Positions 48,150 to 57,098 of a DNA stretch of 64,000 nt are shown here, piece after piece. The notes under the pieces were generated by a model. It did no database searches. It saw only the letters and a program-made list of their open reading frames with translations, and was not told the origin of the DNA. Position numbers and translations under genes: made by a program. Within the stretch, counting starts at the first letter, position 1. Every line of letters begins with the position of its first letter. Origin of the DNA: an uncultured Treponema sp. (lineage in GTDB: Bacteria > Spirochaetota > Spirochaetia > Treponematales > Treponemataceae). The stretch lies in the NCBI GenBank assembly GCA_938039145.1, contig CALHVG010000036.1:23251-87250 (forward strand), read 5' to 3'.

Positions 48150-50204
48150 ATGAAAAAGATTTTTATGTCGGTTGCCGCTGTGGCGGCGATTATGTTTGCC
48201 CTTAGTTCTTGTAAGACTGAGGTTTCAAGTGATGCCCAGCTGTTCAAGGTAACTTATGAAGCTGTGGGACACGGTTCTGTAAGCGCGACATTTAATGGGG
48301 ATACGTTCAACAGCGGAGATACTGTTGAATCGGGAAAGAGCATCGTGTTCTCGGCAACTCCTGAGGCTAACTACAAGACCGTATGGCCGGAAGGCATGGT
48401 GCAGGATTCAGTTGACGCAAACAAGGCGACTATCAAGGTTACAAAAGAAACTAATATTGCGGTGAACTTTGAGGCGTTGCCAGTATTCCCATATAAAGTC
48501 GAACACCACAAACAAAATCTTGACGACGATACCTACCTAAAAGACGAGACTTTGACAGAGGTAAAGACTGGTGTTGCCGGCGGAACTACAGAGGCAGTCG
48601 CAAAGGAAATCGAAGGTTTTCAGGCGGCTTCCTTTGAGCAGAAGACGATAGCAGAGGATGGCTCTACCGTTGTTCAGATTTACTACGACAGAAAAGAGGC
48701 AACTCTTACATTCGATGCTGACGGCGGAACATGGAACGATGGAGAGACTGCGAACAAGACGGTAACTAAAAAATATGGTGCTAACGTAACTGCGCCCGGA
48801 ACTGTCACAAGGACAGGCTATACTTATGTGGCTTGGAAGCCGTCGTTCACTCAGATGCCTGCCGAAAACACTACGTGCAAAACGGAATGGAAGGCAATCA
48901 ACTTCAAGGTCAGATTCGACTCAAACGGCGGTGTGGGAACTATGGATGATCAAGACTTCACCTATGACGTGGAGCAGGTATTGAACGCCAGCACCTTCTC
49001 AAAATTATTATGCGTGGTTGATAGCTGGAACACAACGAAGAATGGAGACGGAGACTCTTATGCTGCAGGTGCAATGGTCAAGAATCTTACCGCAACTGCG
49101 GACGAAACAGTGGTCCTTTATGCACAGTGGAAGCATCTGAACGGCGGTCTTGTGGGAGAAGCCACAAACGGACAGTTTCAGGGAAAGACTTTGACCCATT
49201 CCGATTCAGATTGGTTGCTTGACAACGGAAACTTGAATATCAATGGAAGCGGAATAGAAAAGTCAGCGGAGAACGTGATTGTTCCTACAGGAATGAACGG
49301 CTATGTTACAATGCAGGATGATTCAAGCTGGGCATCTTTTGCTCCGACAGACGAAAACTATTGGAAAGGAGTTTTCCTAAAGGGACGAAATGTAAAACTT
49401 AGTCCGTTTTCAATGTCGCAGTATGAGGTTACGCAAAAACTTTACAAAGCTGTAATGGGCGAAAGCAATAATCCAAGCCAATTTCATGGGGGTGCCGGTT
49501 CATTCGGTGAAGAACAGGAATTGCTTCCCGTGGATTCGCTAAACTGGTACGAGGCGGTTGCGTTCTGCAATGAACTTACAAAGCTGACTTTCGGAAGTGA
49601 TACCGAGTGCGTATATTACAACGATGATTCCACCGTATACACAAAAGCCGATGCCCAAAACGGGAAAAAAGTAATCCCCAAATACGACTGGACGAAAAAA
49701 GAGTGGCTTAAGAAAGGCTACAGGCTTCCGACGGAGGCTGAATGGGAGTATGCGGCTCGCGGAGGAAACCCGAACGTAGATGCTTGGAAATATTCTTTTG
49801 CGGGAAGTAACACGAATAAAACTTCGGCGACTTTCAAGGCAAATGCTCATGATGACGCTTTGGATTCTTATGGATGGTATACAACCAATTCCAATGCCAG
49901 AACCCATGAGGTTGGGCGCAAGGAAAAAAACTCGTTGGGTCTTTATGACATGAGCGGAAACTTGGAGGAATTGTGTTACGACCTTTTCAATGACAAGGCA
50001 ATGATTAGTGATGGTGACTACAAGGATTCCAATCAATTTGTATCAAATCCTATGGGCTCGTCGGTTGGCACAAATCGTATCGTTCGGGGCGGTAACTGGC
50101 AGACATATGCTGCAAGCTGTGCTGTAACTAACCGAAAAGGCATTGCTCCCGTCGCAACTCCAAATAAGCAGACGATAGGATTAAGAGTGGCTCGTTCACT
50201 GTAA
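48150..50204 (+). CDS. Lipoprotein with Listeria-Bacteroides-type repeats and a C-terminal FGE-sulfatase (SUMF1, C-type-lectin-fold) domain
   Basis: Lipobox FALSSC. Repeats include FDADGG..GYTYVAWKP and FDSNGG..LYAQWK. C-terminal domain motifs: GYRLPTEAEWEYAARGG, LGLYDMSGNLEELCYD, RIVRGGNW. AAGGAGA RBS. Confidence 0.8.
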   Translation: MKKIFMSVAAVAAIMFALSSCKTEVSSDAQLFKVTYEAVGHGSVSATFNGDTFNSGDTVESGKSIVFSATPEANYKTVWPEGMVQDSVDANKATIKVTKETNIAVNFEALPVFPYKVEHHKQNLDDDTYLKDETLTEVKTGVAGGTTEAVAKEIEGFQAASFEQKTIAEDGSTVVQIYYDRKEATLTFDADGGTWNDGETANKTVTKKYGANVTAPGTVTRTGYTYVAWKPSFTQMPAENTTCKTEWKAINFKVRFDSNGGVGTMDDQDFTYDVEQVLNASTFSKLLCVVDSWNTTKNGDGDSYAAGAMVKNLTATADETVVLYAQWKHLNGGLVGEATNGQFQGKTLTHSDSDWLLDNGNLNINGSGIEKSAENVIVPTGMNGYVTMQDDSSWASFAPTDENYWKGVFLKGRNVKLSPFSMSQYEVTQKLYKAVMGESNNPSQFHGGAGSFGEEQELLPVDSLNWYEAVAFCNELTKLTFGSDTECVYYNDDSTVYTKADAQNGKKVIPKYDWTKKEWLKKGYRLPTEAEWEYAARGGNPNVDAWKYSFAGSNTNKTSATFKANAHDDALDSYGWYTTNSNARTHEVGRKEKNSLGLYDMSGNLEELCYDLFNDKAMISDGDYKDSNQFVSNPMGSSVGTNRIVRGGNWQTYAASCAVTNRKGIAPVATPNKQTIGLRVARSL

Positions 50205-50224
50205 TTATTAATTTATACAAAAAG

Positions 50225-50266
50225 AAAAGGACACCTCATGCAGAATAGAGGTGTCCTTTTCTTTAT
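50225..50266 (+). terminator. Rho-independent terminator
   Basis: 13-bp stem aaaaggacacctc/gaggtgtcctttt followed by cTTTaT. Confidence 0.7.
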
Positions 50267-50466
50267 CAAAATCGATTTTTGTCTTGCGTGCAGACAGTTG
50301 CTATCTATGTTTGAATGACATAATTGCATTGCCGTTCTTCACAATGAACACTCCACCTAGCACGAATCGAGCGAACCGCCCGATTCGTGGGACGGACATA
50401 CGAAGCGTTACACAATGAACGCTGCCTAACCATGTCCGTCCATCTGCAGTTCTCGTTCCACGAGTT

Positions 50467-50495
50467 AAAAATAAAAAGCGCCAGGAAAAGGCGCT
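50467..50495 (-). terminator. Rho-independent terminator of tRNA-Ala
   Basis: On the minus strand: agcgcc-ttttcct-ggcgct followed by TTTTTATTTTT. Confidence 0.7.
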
Positions 50496-50498
50496 TCT

Positions 50499-50571
50499 TG
50501 GAGATAATCGGACTCGAACCGACCACCTGCTGATTGCGAACCAGCCGCTCTACCAGATGAGCTATATCCCC
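50499..50571 (-). tRNA. tRNA-Ala (anticodon CGC); CCA not encoded
   Basis: Hand-folded 73-nt cloverleaf: GGGGATA/TATCTCC acceptor with the G3:U70 alanine identity pair, anticodon loop TTCGCAA, T-loop TTCGAGT. Confidence 0.9.
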
Positions 50572-50583
50572 TAGATGGAAAGC

Positions 50584-50613
50584 AGTATACTACAAACCGC
50601 TTGAAACTTGCAA
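50584..50613 (-). promoter_or_regulatory. Putative sigma-70-type promoter of tRNA-Ala
   Basis: On the minus strand: TTGCAA, 18-nt spacer, TATACT. The -10 ends 12 nt before the mature 5' end. Confidence 0.5.
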
Positions 50614-50761
50614 TATCTCCGACTAATTGAATTACAAATTCTGAATGCCAAGTGTTTTCAGATTACAAAAAGATTTTATAAAGCAGCGGCATTTTGCCGC
50701 AAACTTTTATATGCTCTTGCATACTGGCTGCGGAAAACCGAACCGACCTATCTTCCCTCCA

Positions 50762-52567
50762 TTATGCGATGATTTCGCTCCCTGTTTCTGCCGTCTTCCG
50801 CTTTGCAAACGACACCTCGCCGTACTGAACGTTTTTGCAATCCGCTTGATTTTCGTCGTCTACCAGCACCCAGTCTTCGCCCGTGAGTTTTTTCCAGTCG
50901 CTTTCGTCCTCAATCTGAAATGTCTGCCACGGATACGGAAAACCCTTGTTGTAAAGCACGATGACATTCTTTTTCGAGACTCGCTGGAATTCCACGAGTG
51001 TGCCGCAGGGGTCTATCACGGATTCCCACGCGCCGCAAACAATCACCGTGTCGAATTCGCCGTCTTTGAATGGAAGGCATTCGGGGCGTACCGTTATGCC
51101 CGATTCTCCCTCGTTCAGGACGGAAAAGGTTTCGACGTTTCTGCCGAACGTTTCCTTGTCCGGAAGGTACGAGCCTGTAAGTGCAAGGATTTTTCTTCCT
51201 TGTCTTTCAAGGTTTTTTAGAAGTTCAAGGAATGAGTCCGGGTCGACCTCGCCTTGAAACGCTGTCATTTTTGATGACTCTTTGCGAAGCAGCCTGAAAA
51301 GAGCCTTGCGTTCAGTTTCGGCGGCGTACAGTTTTTCCACGTCACTTGCGTTCCTGTAGTTTTCGATGACTTCGCGTTCCTCTTTCCTGTAAGCGGAACA
51401 CAACTGGCTGAGCCTTCCTTGAACGACCTGTCTGTACACATACATATGCGCTTTAACGCATCGCCTCCATGTCCACCGTAAGGCAGTTCTTGCGCCATTG
51501 TCCCGCAACAATTTGTATCCGCCGAAATTTTCCACCGCATCTTTTATAACTTTAGCCATGCGTAGGCTTTCGTGCGGAATCTCAATGCAGTTGAAGCCCG
51601 GCTCGGCGTACATATCCATCCCAAGCCCCGTTGGAAGAAGAACCAGAGCCCCCGCCGCCATCGCTTCAAGTCCCGCAAATCCGAACGGCTCGTTGCGGCT
51701 CGGAATTACCACAATGTCGGATTTTTTGTATGCGGCGGTAAGTTTTTCTCCGCTCAAAAAAGTTCTGTTGTCAAAAAGCGAAAGGTCAAGCCCCGCCATG
51801 AGTTTTCCCTTGCCGTAGAGCGAATATTCGATGTTGTGTTTTTCTTTGAAGGTTTTTCCGAGGGCGTTCACGGCGAACACAAAATCGCTTACGCCGTTTT
51901 CAGGATTTTCCATATTCGAAAAACACGAAATGCGCATTTTCGTTTTTAGGGAAGGCGATTTTTCAGCGGCAATGAGATTTCCTCCGCTTTCGGAACTGTT
52001 TTTTGCACTCGAACTGAGGAATTTTTCCGCTCTTATTCCCAACGAAAGGACAATTGGAACGCATGTTCCTCCGGACAATTTCTCGGCTTTTTCCGCAGAA
52101 AAGTCGGAATAGACTGCGACGGCGGATGCGGTTTTCAATGCGCATCGCTCGATTTTAGTTTCGACAAGAAACGGAGCGTCGGGGACGGATGGATTTTCCG
52201 GTCCTTGAAAAAACTGGGCGGAATAGAATACATTTTCGTCGAAGCGGAAAGGAAGGTATGAATTGCTGTCGGCGCAATGTATTATGTCGGGATTGAAAGT
52301 TGAAACAAGGTTTTCCATCGAGGAGCGAAATGATGCCGCAGTCTCAAGGAAAATCGCTTCCGGCGAGAAAGCGTCAAAAGCCGATTTAGGCGAAAATACA
52401 TAGTCAACTGTGTTTTTTACTTCCGGACAGGGACCTTTTTCCGTTCGAAGATAGACGCATATAACGTCCGCATATTTTCTAAGTTCCCTGACGTATTCTC
52501 GCACGAAAAATCCGTCCGCCTCGTCATAGACTTCGGGATTTTTTGAAGTTACAAAAAGTATTCGCAT
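50762..52567 (-). CDS. Glycosyltransferase family 4 fused to a C-terminal class I SAM-methyltransferase-like domain
   Basis: GT4 motif EPFGFAGLEAMAAGALVL. The C-terminal ~200 aa resemble Methyltransf_11 (ILALTGSY..FDTVIVCGAWESV). Confidence 0.7.
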   Translation of the reverse strand: MRILFVTSKNPEVYDEADGFFVREYVRELRKYADVICVYLRTEKGPCPEVKNTVDYVFSPKSAFDAFSPEAIFLETAASFRSSMENLVSTFNPDIIHCADSNSYLPFRFDENVFYSAQFFQGPENPSVPDAPFLVETKIERCALKTASAVAVYSDFSAEKAEKLSGGTCVPIVLSLGIRAEKFLSSSAKNSSESGGNLIAAEKSPSLKTKMRISCFSNMENPENGVSDFVFAVNALGKTFKEKHNIEYSLYGKGKLMAGLDLSLFDNRTFLSGEKLTAAYKKSDIVVIPSRNEPFGFAGLEAMAAGALVLLPTGLGMDMYAEPGFNCIEIPHESLRMAKVIKDAVENFGGYKLLRDNGARTALRWTWRRCVKAHMYVYRQVVQGRLSQLCSAYRKEEREVIENYRNASDVEKLYAAETERKALFRLLRKESSKMTAFQGEVDPDSFLELLKNLERQGRKILALTGSYLPDKETFGRNVETFSVLNEGESGITVRPECLPFKDGEFDTVIVCGAWESVIDPCGTLVEFQRVSKKNVIVLYNKGFPYPWQTFQIEDESDWKKLTGEDWVLVDDENQADCKNVQYGEVSFAKRKTAETGSEIIA

Positions 52568-52802
52568 TTTTCACCTCGTATTTATTTAGTAAAAAAATGC
52601 AAAAATCTGACATGAAAAAGCAAAAAAATCGAAAAAAGAAAAATTATTTTAAAAATCGAGCGTGATTTTTGCCGCTTGGTGTATAATCTGAAGAAGTTTC
52701 GGGAAATCGGGCGTTTCCGTGCTGAAAGTTTTCAAAAGAAAGCGGAATGTGTTACGGAATTCACGGATTTCCGAACGATTTTTTTTTATTAAGGAGATTT
52801 TT

Positions 52803-53399
52803 ATGAAAAATGCAGTGGTTTTTCTTGCCGACGGATTTGAAGAAATCGAAGCCTTGACCATAGTGGACTATCTTAGGCGCGGCGGAGTCGAAGTTTTTAC
52901 GGTGGCTGTTCCAACTCCTGCGATGACAGACCCGTATATTGTGATTTCATCGCATAAAGTTCCTGTTATAGCGGACATGAGTTTTGACGAATTCAAAGAT
53001 GCTTTTAGGGAAGAAACCCCGAATCTTTCTTACGTTCCGGGAGGAATGCCGGGTTCTGTAAACTGTGCGGCAAACAAAGATTTGACCGATTTTATTACCA
53101 AATGTTTCAACGAAGGAAAGCACGTAGCTGCAATCTGCGCTGCGCCCGCGATAGTCCTTTCAAAAACGGGAATGCTCAAGGGTAAGAATTGGACTTGCTA
53201 TCCCGGAATGGAAGAAAAGGTTTCTCCTGAGGACGTGGAAAATTCCACGCATTGCGATAATGTTCCGTTTGTAACCGACGGAAACATTACGACCGGACGA
53301 GGCGCAGGTGCTGCGGAAGAATTGGCAATGGAACTAGTTAGGATTCTTTGCGGTGAAGAGGTCGCAAATGGAGTAAAAGTAAGCACTTGCCAACGCTGA
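52803..53399 (+). CDS. DJ-1/PfpI-family protein
   Basis: NAVVFLADGFEEIEA..; nucleophile elbow HVAAICAAP. AAGGAGA RBS before ATG 52803. Confidence 0.85.
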   Translation: MKNAVVFLADGFEEIEALTIVDYLRRGGVEVFTVAVPTPAMTDPYIVISSHKVPVIADMSFDEFKDAFREETPNLSYVPGGMPGSVNCAANKDLTDFITKCFNEGKHVAAICAAPAIVLSKTGMLKGKNWTCYPGMEEKVSPEDVENSTHCDNVPFVTDGNITTGRGAGAAEELAMELVRILCGEEVANGVKVSTCQR

Positions 53400-53442
53400 T
53401 TGTTGTACGATAAAACGCAGAATTCCGGAAAGCAAAAAAAAA

Positions 53443-53474
53443 GTTGAAAAACCTCACACGTTTTTCAACTTTTT
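53443..53474 (+). terminator. Rho-independent terminator
   Basis: 11-bp stem agttgaaaaac/gtttttcaact followed by TTTT, and preceded by an A9 run. Confidence 0.6.
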
Positions 53475-53608
53475 AGTAACCGGCAAACTGAACTTTGCCA
53501 ATCTTTGTTGTACAACAGATGGAGGCGTCTGGATGTCGAACCGTCCCCATGCGTTACACATTTATTATCGGGAAAGTCGGTTTTTACTTTAGCGATTTGT
53601 GAAAAAAA

Positions 53609-55252
53609 TCAGAATATTTTTGAAAAATGTTTTTCAAGAGCTTTTTCAACGGAATCAAAATCAAGCGGATTTACGTCTTTTAGTTTTTCGTCCAAAAGTT
53701 TTTTTGCGTTCCTGTATTTTTCTTTAAGAGAACGGATTTCGTTTTCTGTTCTGTATTTGTTTTCGGCTTTTTTGAAGAACGTTTTCTTCTCGGAAATAAT
53801 TTCTTTTTCGTTCAAAAGGGCGGAAATCGAAAATGTATTTACGCCTGAAATTTTTAAGCCTTCCTGAGAAAGCGTGAAAGTCTTGGTGTCGTTACATTCG
53901 GCGATTCTAGATTCGAACCACCAGGCGAACATTTTCATTCTTTGGTCTGTGAGGACGATGTTTCCGTTGTAATCTTCGCCGTTCATCGTGCTCCCTGAAA
54001 ACAGTGCGGGAAGCCCTTTGTTTTCGGCGGAATCCAGGCGCGAGGAAATTCTGTGTGCATTCTGCTCGAAAGTGCTTCCCCTTGAGTGCGTTTGCTTCAT
54101 CGGAAAGGAAAGGTCAAGTCCAATCAGAAAAATCGTTTTTGAACCGCAAAATCTTGAAAAATTCCATGCGCAGGAAGCAACCGAGCCTCCGCTTCCGAGC
54201 GACGCCTTTTTTCCGCATTCGCTTTCAAAGAATTTTCCTAAAGGCATTTGGCTTCCGGAACAGATTATTTTTTTGCACTTAAAATTGAACACGGATGGGT
54301 ACACGTCCTGCGACGCTATAAGGATGCTTTTGGGTGCGGAAAGCCCTGCAAGGTGTCTGTACGCATAATATTGCGGATCGGTAAGGATTATAAAATCAGG
54401 CTGGAAGTCCACGGAAAGAAGCGAACGCAGCGCCGTGTCGACAGCCACCGTTACGCATTTTTTTGAAATCTCATCGATGTGCGGAAGGATTTTTTGGAGG
54501 GAAGGTCCTGCGGCAATTACAAGGAACGGAAGGTTTCTCGAACAATTTTCAAAAATCTCAACACCTTCGCATAAAACAGAGCGTTCTGCGTTGCGAAGGC
54601 AATTTCTGTTCCATAACGAGCCGAATTTTTTTGTCGTGGCGGCGTTTATTTCTTCCCGTTTTTTGTTTCGATGAATCAATTCCTGAAGTTCCGAAAAAAA
54701 GTTTTTTGCATGGCTTTGGTGCGAAGGAACGGAGATGAATGTCGTCTGCAAAATTGGATTTTGCCGTATAAGTTTTACGGTCTCTTCGACGGACGAACCT
54801 ATCGCCAAAACAATCTTTTCTATTTTGAAAACCGATTTCCAGTCAAGGAGCGCAAGAGATGCAAAAAAATGGAGAGGCTCACATTCGATGATTACAAAAT
54901 TTTTTTCTGGAAAAAGTTCCGCAGCGGAAATCACGGCATATCCCAGCCCAAAACCTTCAAAAACAATAGAAGACGATTCTTTTTTTACGGCGGAGACGAT
55001 TGTTCCGGCTTCTTTTTCGGGGGCGTAGAACGAATGGAGTTTCAGGCCGTTTTCCGTAGCGACCGGAAGTCCGTTTTTTGAAATCGAAAGTTCCCAAAAC
55101 GGAAATGTTTCTTTCATCAAAGTTTCGTTTTCAAAATCAAGGTGAAGAATATTTTCTGCGATGGGCTTGTAAAGCATATAGAGAGAAGGAAACCGATTTT
55201 CGAACGATTTTATGTTCCTTGAAAAAATCTCTTTATTCCAAATTGATTTCAA
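53609..55252 (-). CDS. Motility-accessory-factor (Maf)/DUF115 (MptE-like) family protein
   Basis: FLVIAAGPSL..VTVAVDTAL..PDFIILTDPQ. A TTG start at 55252 overlaps the PBP gene by 20 nt; the alternative ATG is at 55177. Confidence 0.6.
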   Translation of the reverse strand: MKSIWNKEIFSRNIKSFENRFPSLYMLYKPIAENILHLDFENETLMKETFPFWELSISKNGLPVATENGLKLHSFYAPEKEAGTIVSAVKKESSSIVFEGFGLGYAVISAAELFPEKNFVIIECEPLHFFASLALLDWKSVFKIEKIVLAIGSSVEETVKLIRQNPILQTTFISVPSHQSHAKNFFSELQELIHRNKKREEINAATTKKFGSLWNRNCLRNAERSVLCEGVEIFENCSRNLPFLVIAAGPSLQKILPHIDEISKKCVTVAVDTALRSLLSVDFQPDFIILTDPQYYAYRHLAGLSAPKSILIASQDVYPSVFNFKCKKIICSGSQMPLGKFFESECGKKASLGSGGSVASCAWNFSRFCGSKTIFLIGLDLSFPMKQTHSRGSTFEQNAHRISSRLDSAENKGLPALFSGSTMNGEDYNGNIVLTDQRMKMFAWWFESRIAECNDTKTFTLSQEGLKISGVNTFSISALLNEKEIISEKKTFFKKAENKYRTENEIRSLKEKYRNAKKLLDEKLKDVNPLDFDSVEKALEKHFSKIF

Positions 55253-57098
55253 TTACCATGTTCTCCGTAACGGGAGTTCCCGGTGCGGGGCTTTGGGATT
55301 TTACCCAGCCCGAACCGTTTATCTTTACCTGAATGTCGTTCCGCTTTAAAAGTCCGGCAAGGGATTTTTTTGGAAGCCCTGAAAAATCCGGCACGTATTT
55401 TCCGATTTCCACGCCGCGGCTTGGCGTTATGCTTATTTTTCCCGAATGCTCAAGGCTTTCTGCCTGACCTCGGCTCATTCCCAAATAATCGATGATTTCG
55501 TCGGCGGTTTTTGCGATTACCGGAGCTACAATTCGTCCTGCGTAGGTTTCGCCCTGCGCTTTTGAGACCACAATGTATAGAATGATTTCAGGGTTTTCGA
55601 TTGGAAAAATTGCAATACAATTTGAAAGAAAATCCGTTGAAGAATATCCGTCATTCTCTCTGTCAGCCATTTGGGCTGTTCCCGTTTTTACCCCAATTGA
55701 AATGTCGTTAAGTCTTGCCCGTGAGCCTGTTCCGCTTATGGCAGTAGTTTCCATGCAGCTTAGAACGTATTTTGCCGTGGCTTCTTTGAACACACGTTCC
55801 TTCTCCGTCGGCTGATGCTCGTAGACGATGGAGCCGTCTTTGTTGGTGATTTTTTTTATTACCGAAAGTTTGAGCGGAATCCCTTTGTTTGCGATTGCAG
55901 ATGCCGCCTGCACCATCTGGAGTGCGGACACGCTTATTTCCTGCCCCATTGATATTGTCGGTTTTGATCTTCCCGACCATGTTTTGCTTCCGGGCGTTTT
56001 TACAAGACCGTATGTTTCTCCCGGAAGATTTATTTCTGTCCTTTTTCCAAAGCCAAGTCTTTTTATGCCGGCTATAAAATCATCTTCGTTCATCCTGTCG
56101 CTTATTTGGGCAATCACATCGTTGCATGAAAATTTAAGAGCGTCTCTTGGGGTAATCCAACCGTGGGTGCCAAGGCATTTTATCCTGACCGTTTCGCCCG
56201 GATATTTTTTTTCGTAAAGCCCATTGCAGAAAAAACTGTCTCCTGCCTTTATGAGGGAATTGTCGTATGCCATCGCAATCGTAAAAATCTTGAAGACCGA
56301 GCCGGGTTCGTATGCGACCATGGCGGGCCTGTCTATTGTTTCGGCAATCGAAGCCATTCCGTATTCGTTCAGATTTGCGGACGGAAGGCTTATGTACGAA
56401 AGAATTTCTCCGGTTTTTGCGTCGGCGGCAAGAAGAATCATGGATTCTGCATGGGTTGAATCCATTGTCTGGTTTGCAATCTGCTCAAGTTTGTATTGCA
56501 GATTTGCGTCTATGGTAAGGTACACATTTTTCCCCGAAGAAGAAGCCGTTCCTTCCTGTTCCGTAGGCTGAAGATATTCCTGCATGGAATATTCCACCCC
56601 GGCAAGCCCTTTTCCATCGTCTCCCATATATCCAATCAGCTGAGAGGCAAGGCTGTTTTCAGGATAGACCCTGCCGGGAATCCTGTCGAATGAAATGTAT
56701 GTGTATTTGTTCTTGTCCGCGATTTCTTTTAAGTTTGCGTAGACGTTTTGGTTCACCTTTTTTTTAAGATACACAAAACTTGATTCGGAATTGTTTTCAA
56801 GGATTCTTAGGATTATTTTTTCGTCCATGTCCAGCGGAACGGAAACGTCGTGCGCAAATTGCTCTTTGTTCTTTACAAGATGCGGTGTTACCCCGACATG
56901 GTAAAAATTCGTCTGGACGGCAAGCGGTTTTCCTCTTCTGTCGACGATTGAGCCGCGTTCCGCCTGTTCGTATGGAACTTGGATTTTTGAAACCGGCGTA
57001 AATGCCAGCACCGCATAACGAGAAAAAACGTATAAAAAGAAAATGGAAAGCAGGACAAGGAGCACTATCAACGCCGGTTTTTTGAAATATCCGTTCAT
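55233..57098 (-). CDS. Class B penicillin-binding protein (PBP2/FtsI-like transpeptidase) with a C-terminal PASTA domain
   Basis: SxxK (SVFK), SxN (SCN) and KTGTA motifs. The C-terminus PDFSGLPKKSLAGLL..GWVKSQSPAPGTPV resembles PASTA. Confidence 0.88.
   Translation of the reverse strand: MNGYFKKPALIVLLVLLSIFFLYVFSRYAVLAFTPVSKIQVPYEQAERGSIVDRRGKPLAVQTNFYHVGVTPHLVKNKEQFAHDVSVPLDMDEKIILRILENNSESSFVYLKKKVNQNVYANLKEIADKNKYTYISFDRIPGRVYPENSLASQLIGYMGDDGKGLAGVEYSMQEYLQPTEQEGTASSSGKNVYLTIDANLQYKLEQIANQTMDSTHAESMILLAADAKTGEILSYISLPSANLNEYGMASIAETIDRPAMVAYEPGSVFKIFTIAMAYDNSLIKAGDSFFCNGLYEKKYPGETVRIKCLGTHGWITPRDALKFSCNDVIAQISDRMNEDDFIAGIKRLGFGKRTEINLPGETYGLVKTPGSKTWSGRSKPTISMGQEISVSALQMVQAASAIANKGIPLKLSVIKKITNKDGSIVYEHQPTEKERVFKEATAKYVLSCMETTAISGTGSRARLNDISIGVKTGTAQMADRENDGYSSTDFLSNCIAIFPIENPEIILYIVVSKAQGETYAGRIVAPVIAKTADEIIDYLGMSRGQAESLEHSGKISITPSRGVEIGKYVPDFSGLPKKSLAGLLKRNDIQVKINGSGWVKSQSPAPGTPVTENMVIEINLE

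Noticed and set aside
50060-50466. Diversity-generating retroelement: variable region at the 3' end of the FGE-domain gene with a template repeat in the downstream spacer.
   Set aside because: The spacer shows no extended similarity to the gene's 3' end, and no reverse transcriptase or avd ORF exists in the window.
53520-53548. tRNA 3'-end-like (minus strand: GGGGACGGTTCGACATCCAGACGCCTCCA) or tmRNA 5'-end-like (plus strand: GGAGGCGTCTGGATGTCGAACC) fragment.
   Set aside because: The T-stem does not pair, with only 3 bp possible. No matching acceptor partner or the rest of a tRNA or tmRNA can be folded from the flanks. A ~350-nt tmRNA would run into the well-supported Maf-like CDS. At most this is a decayed fragment.
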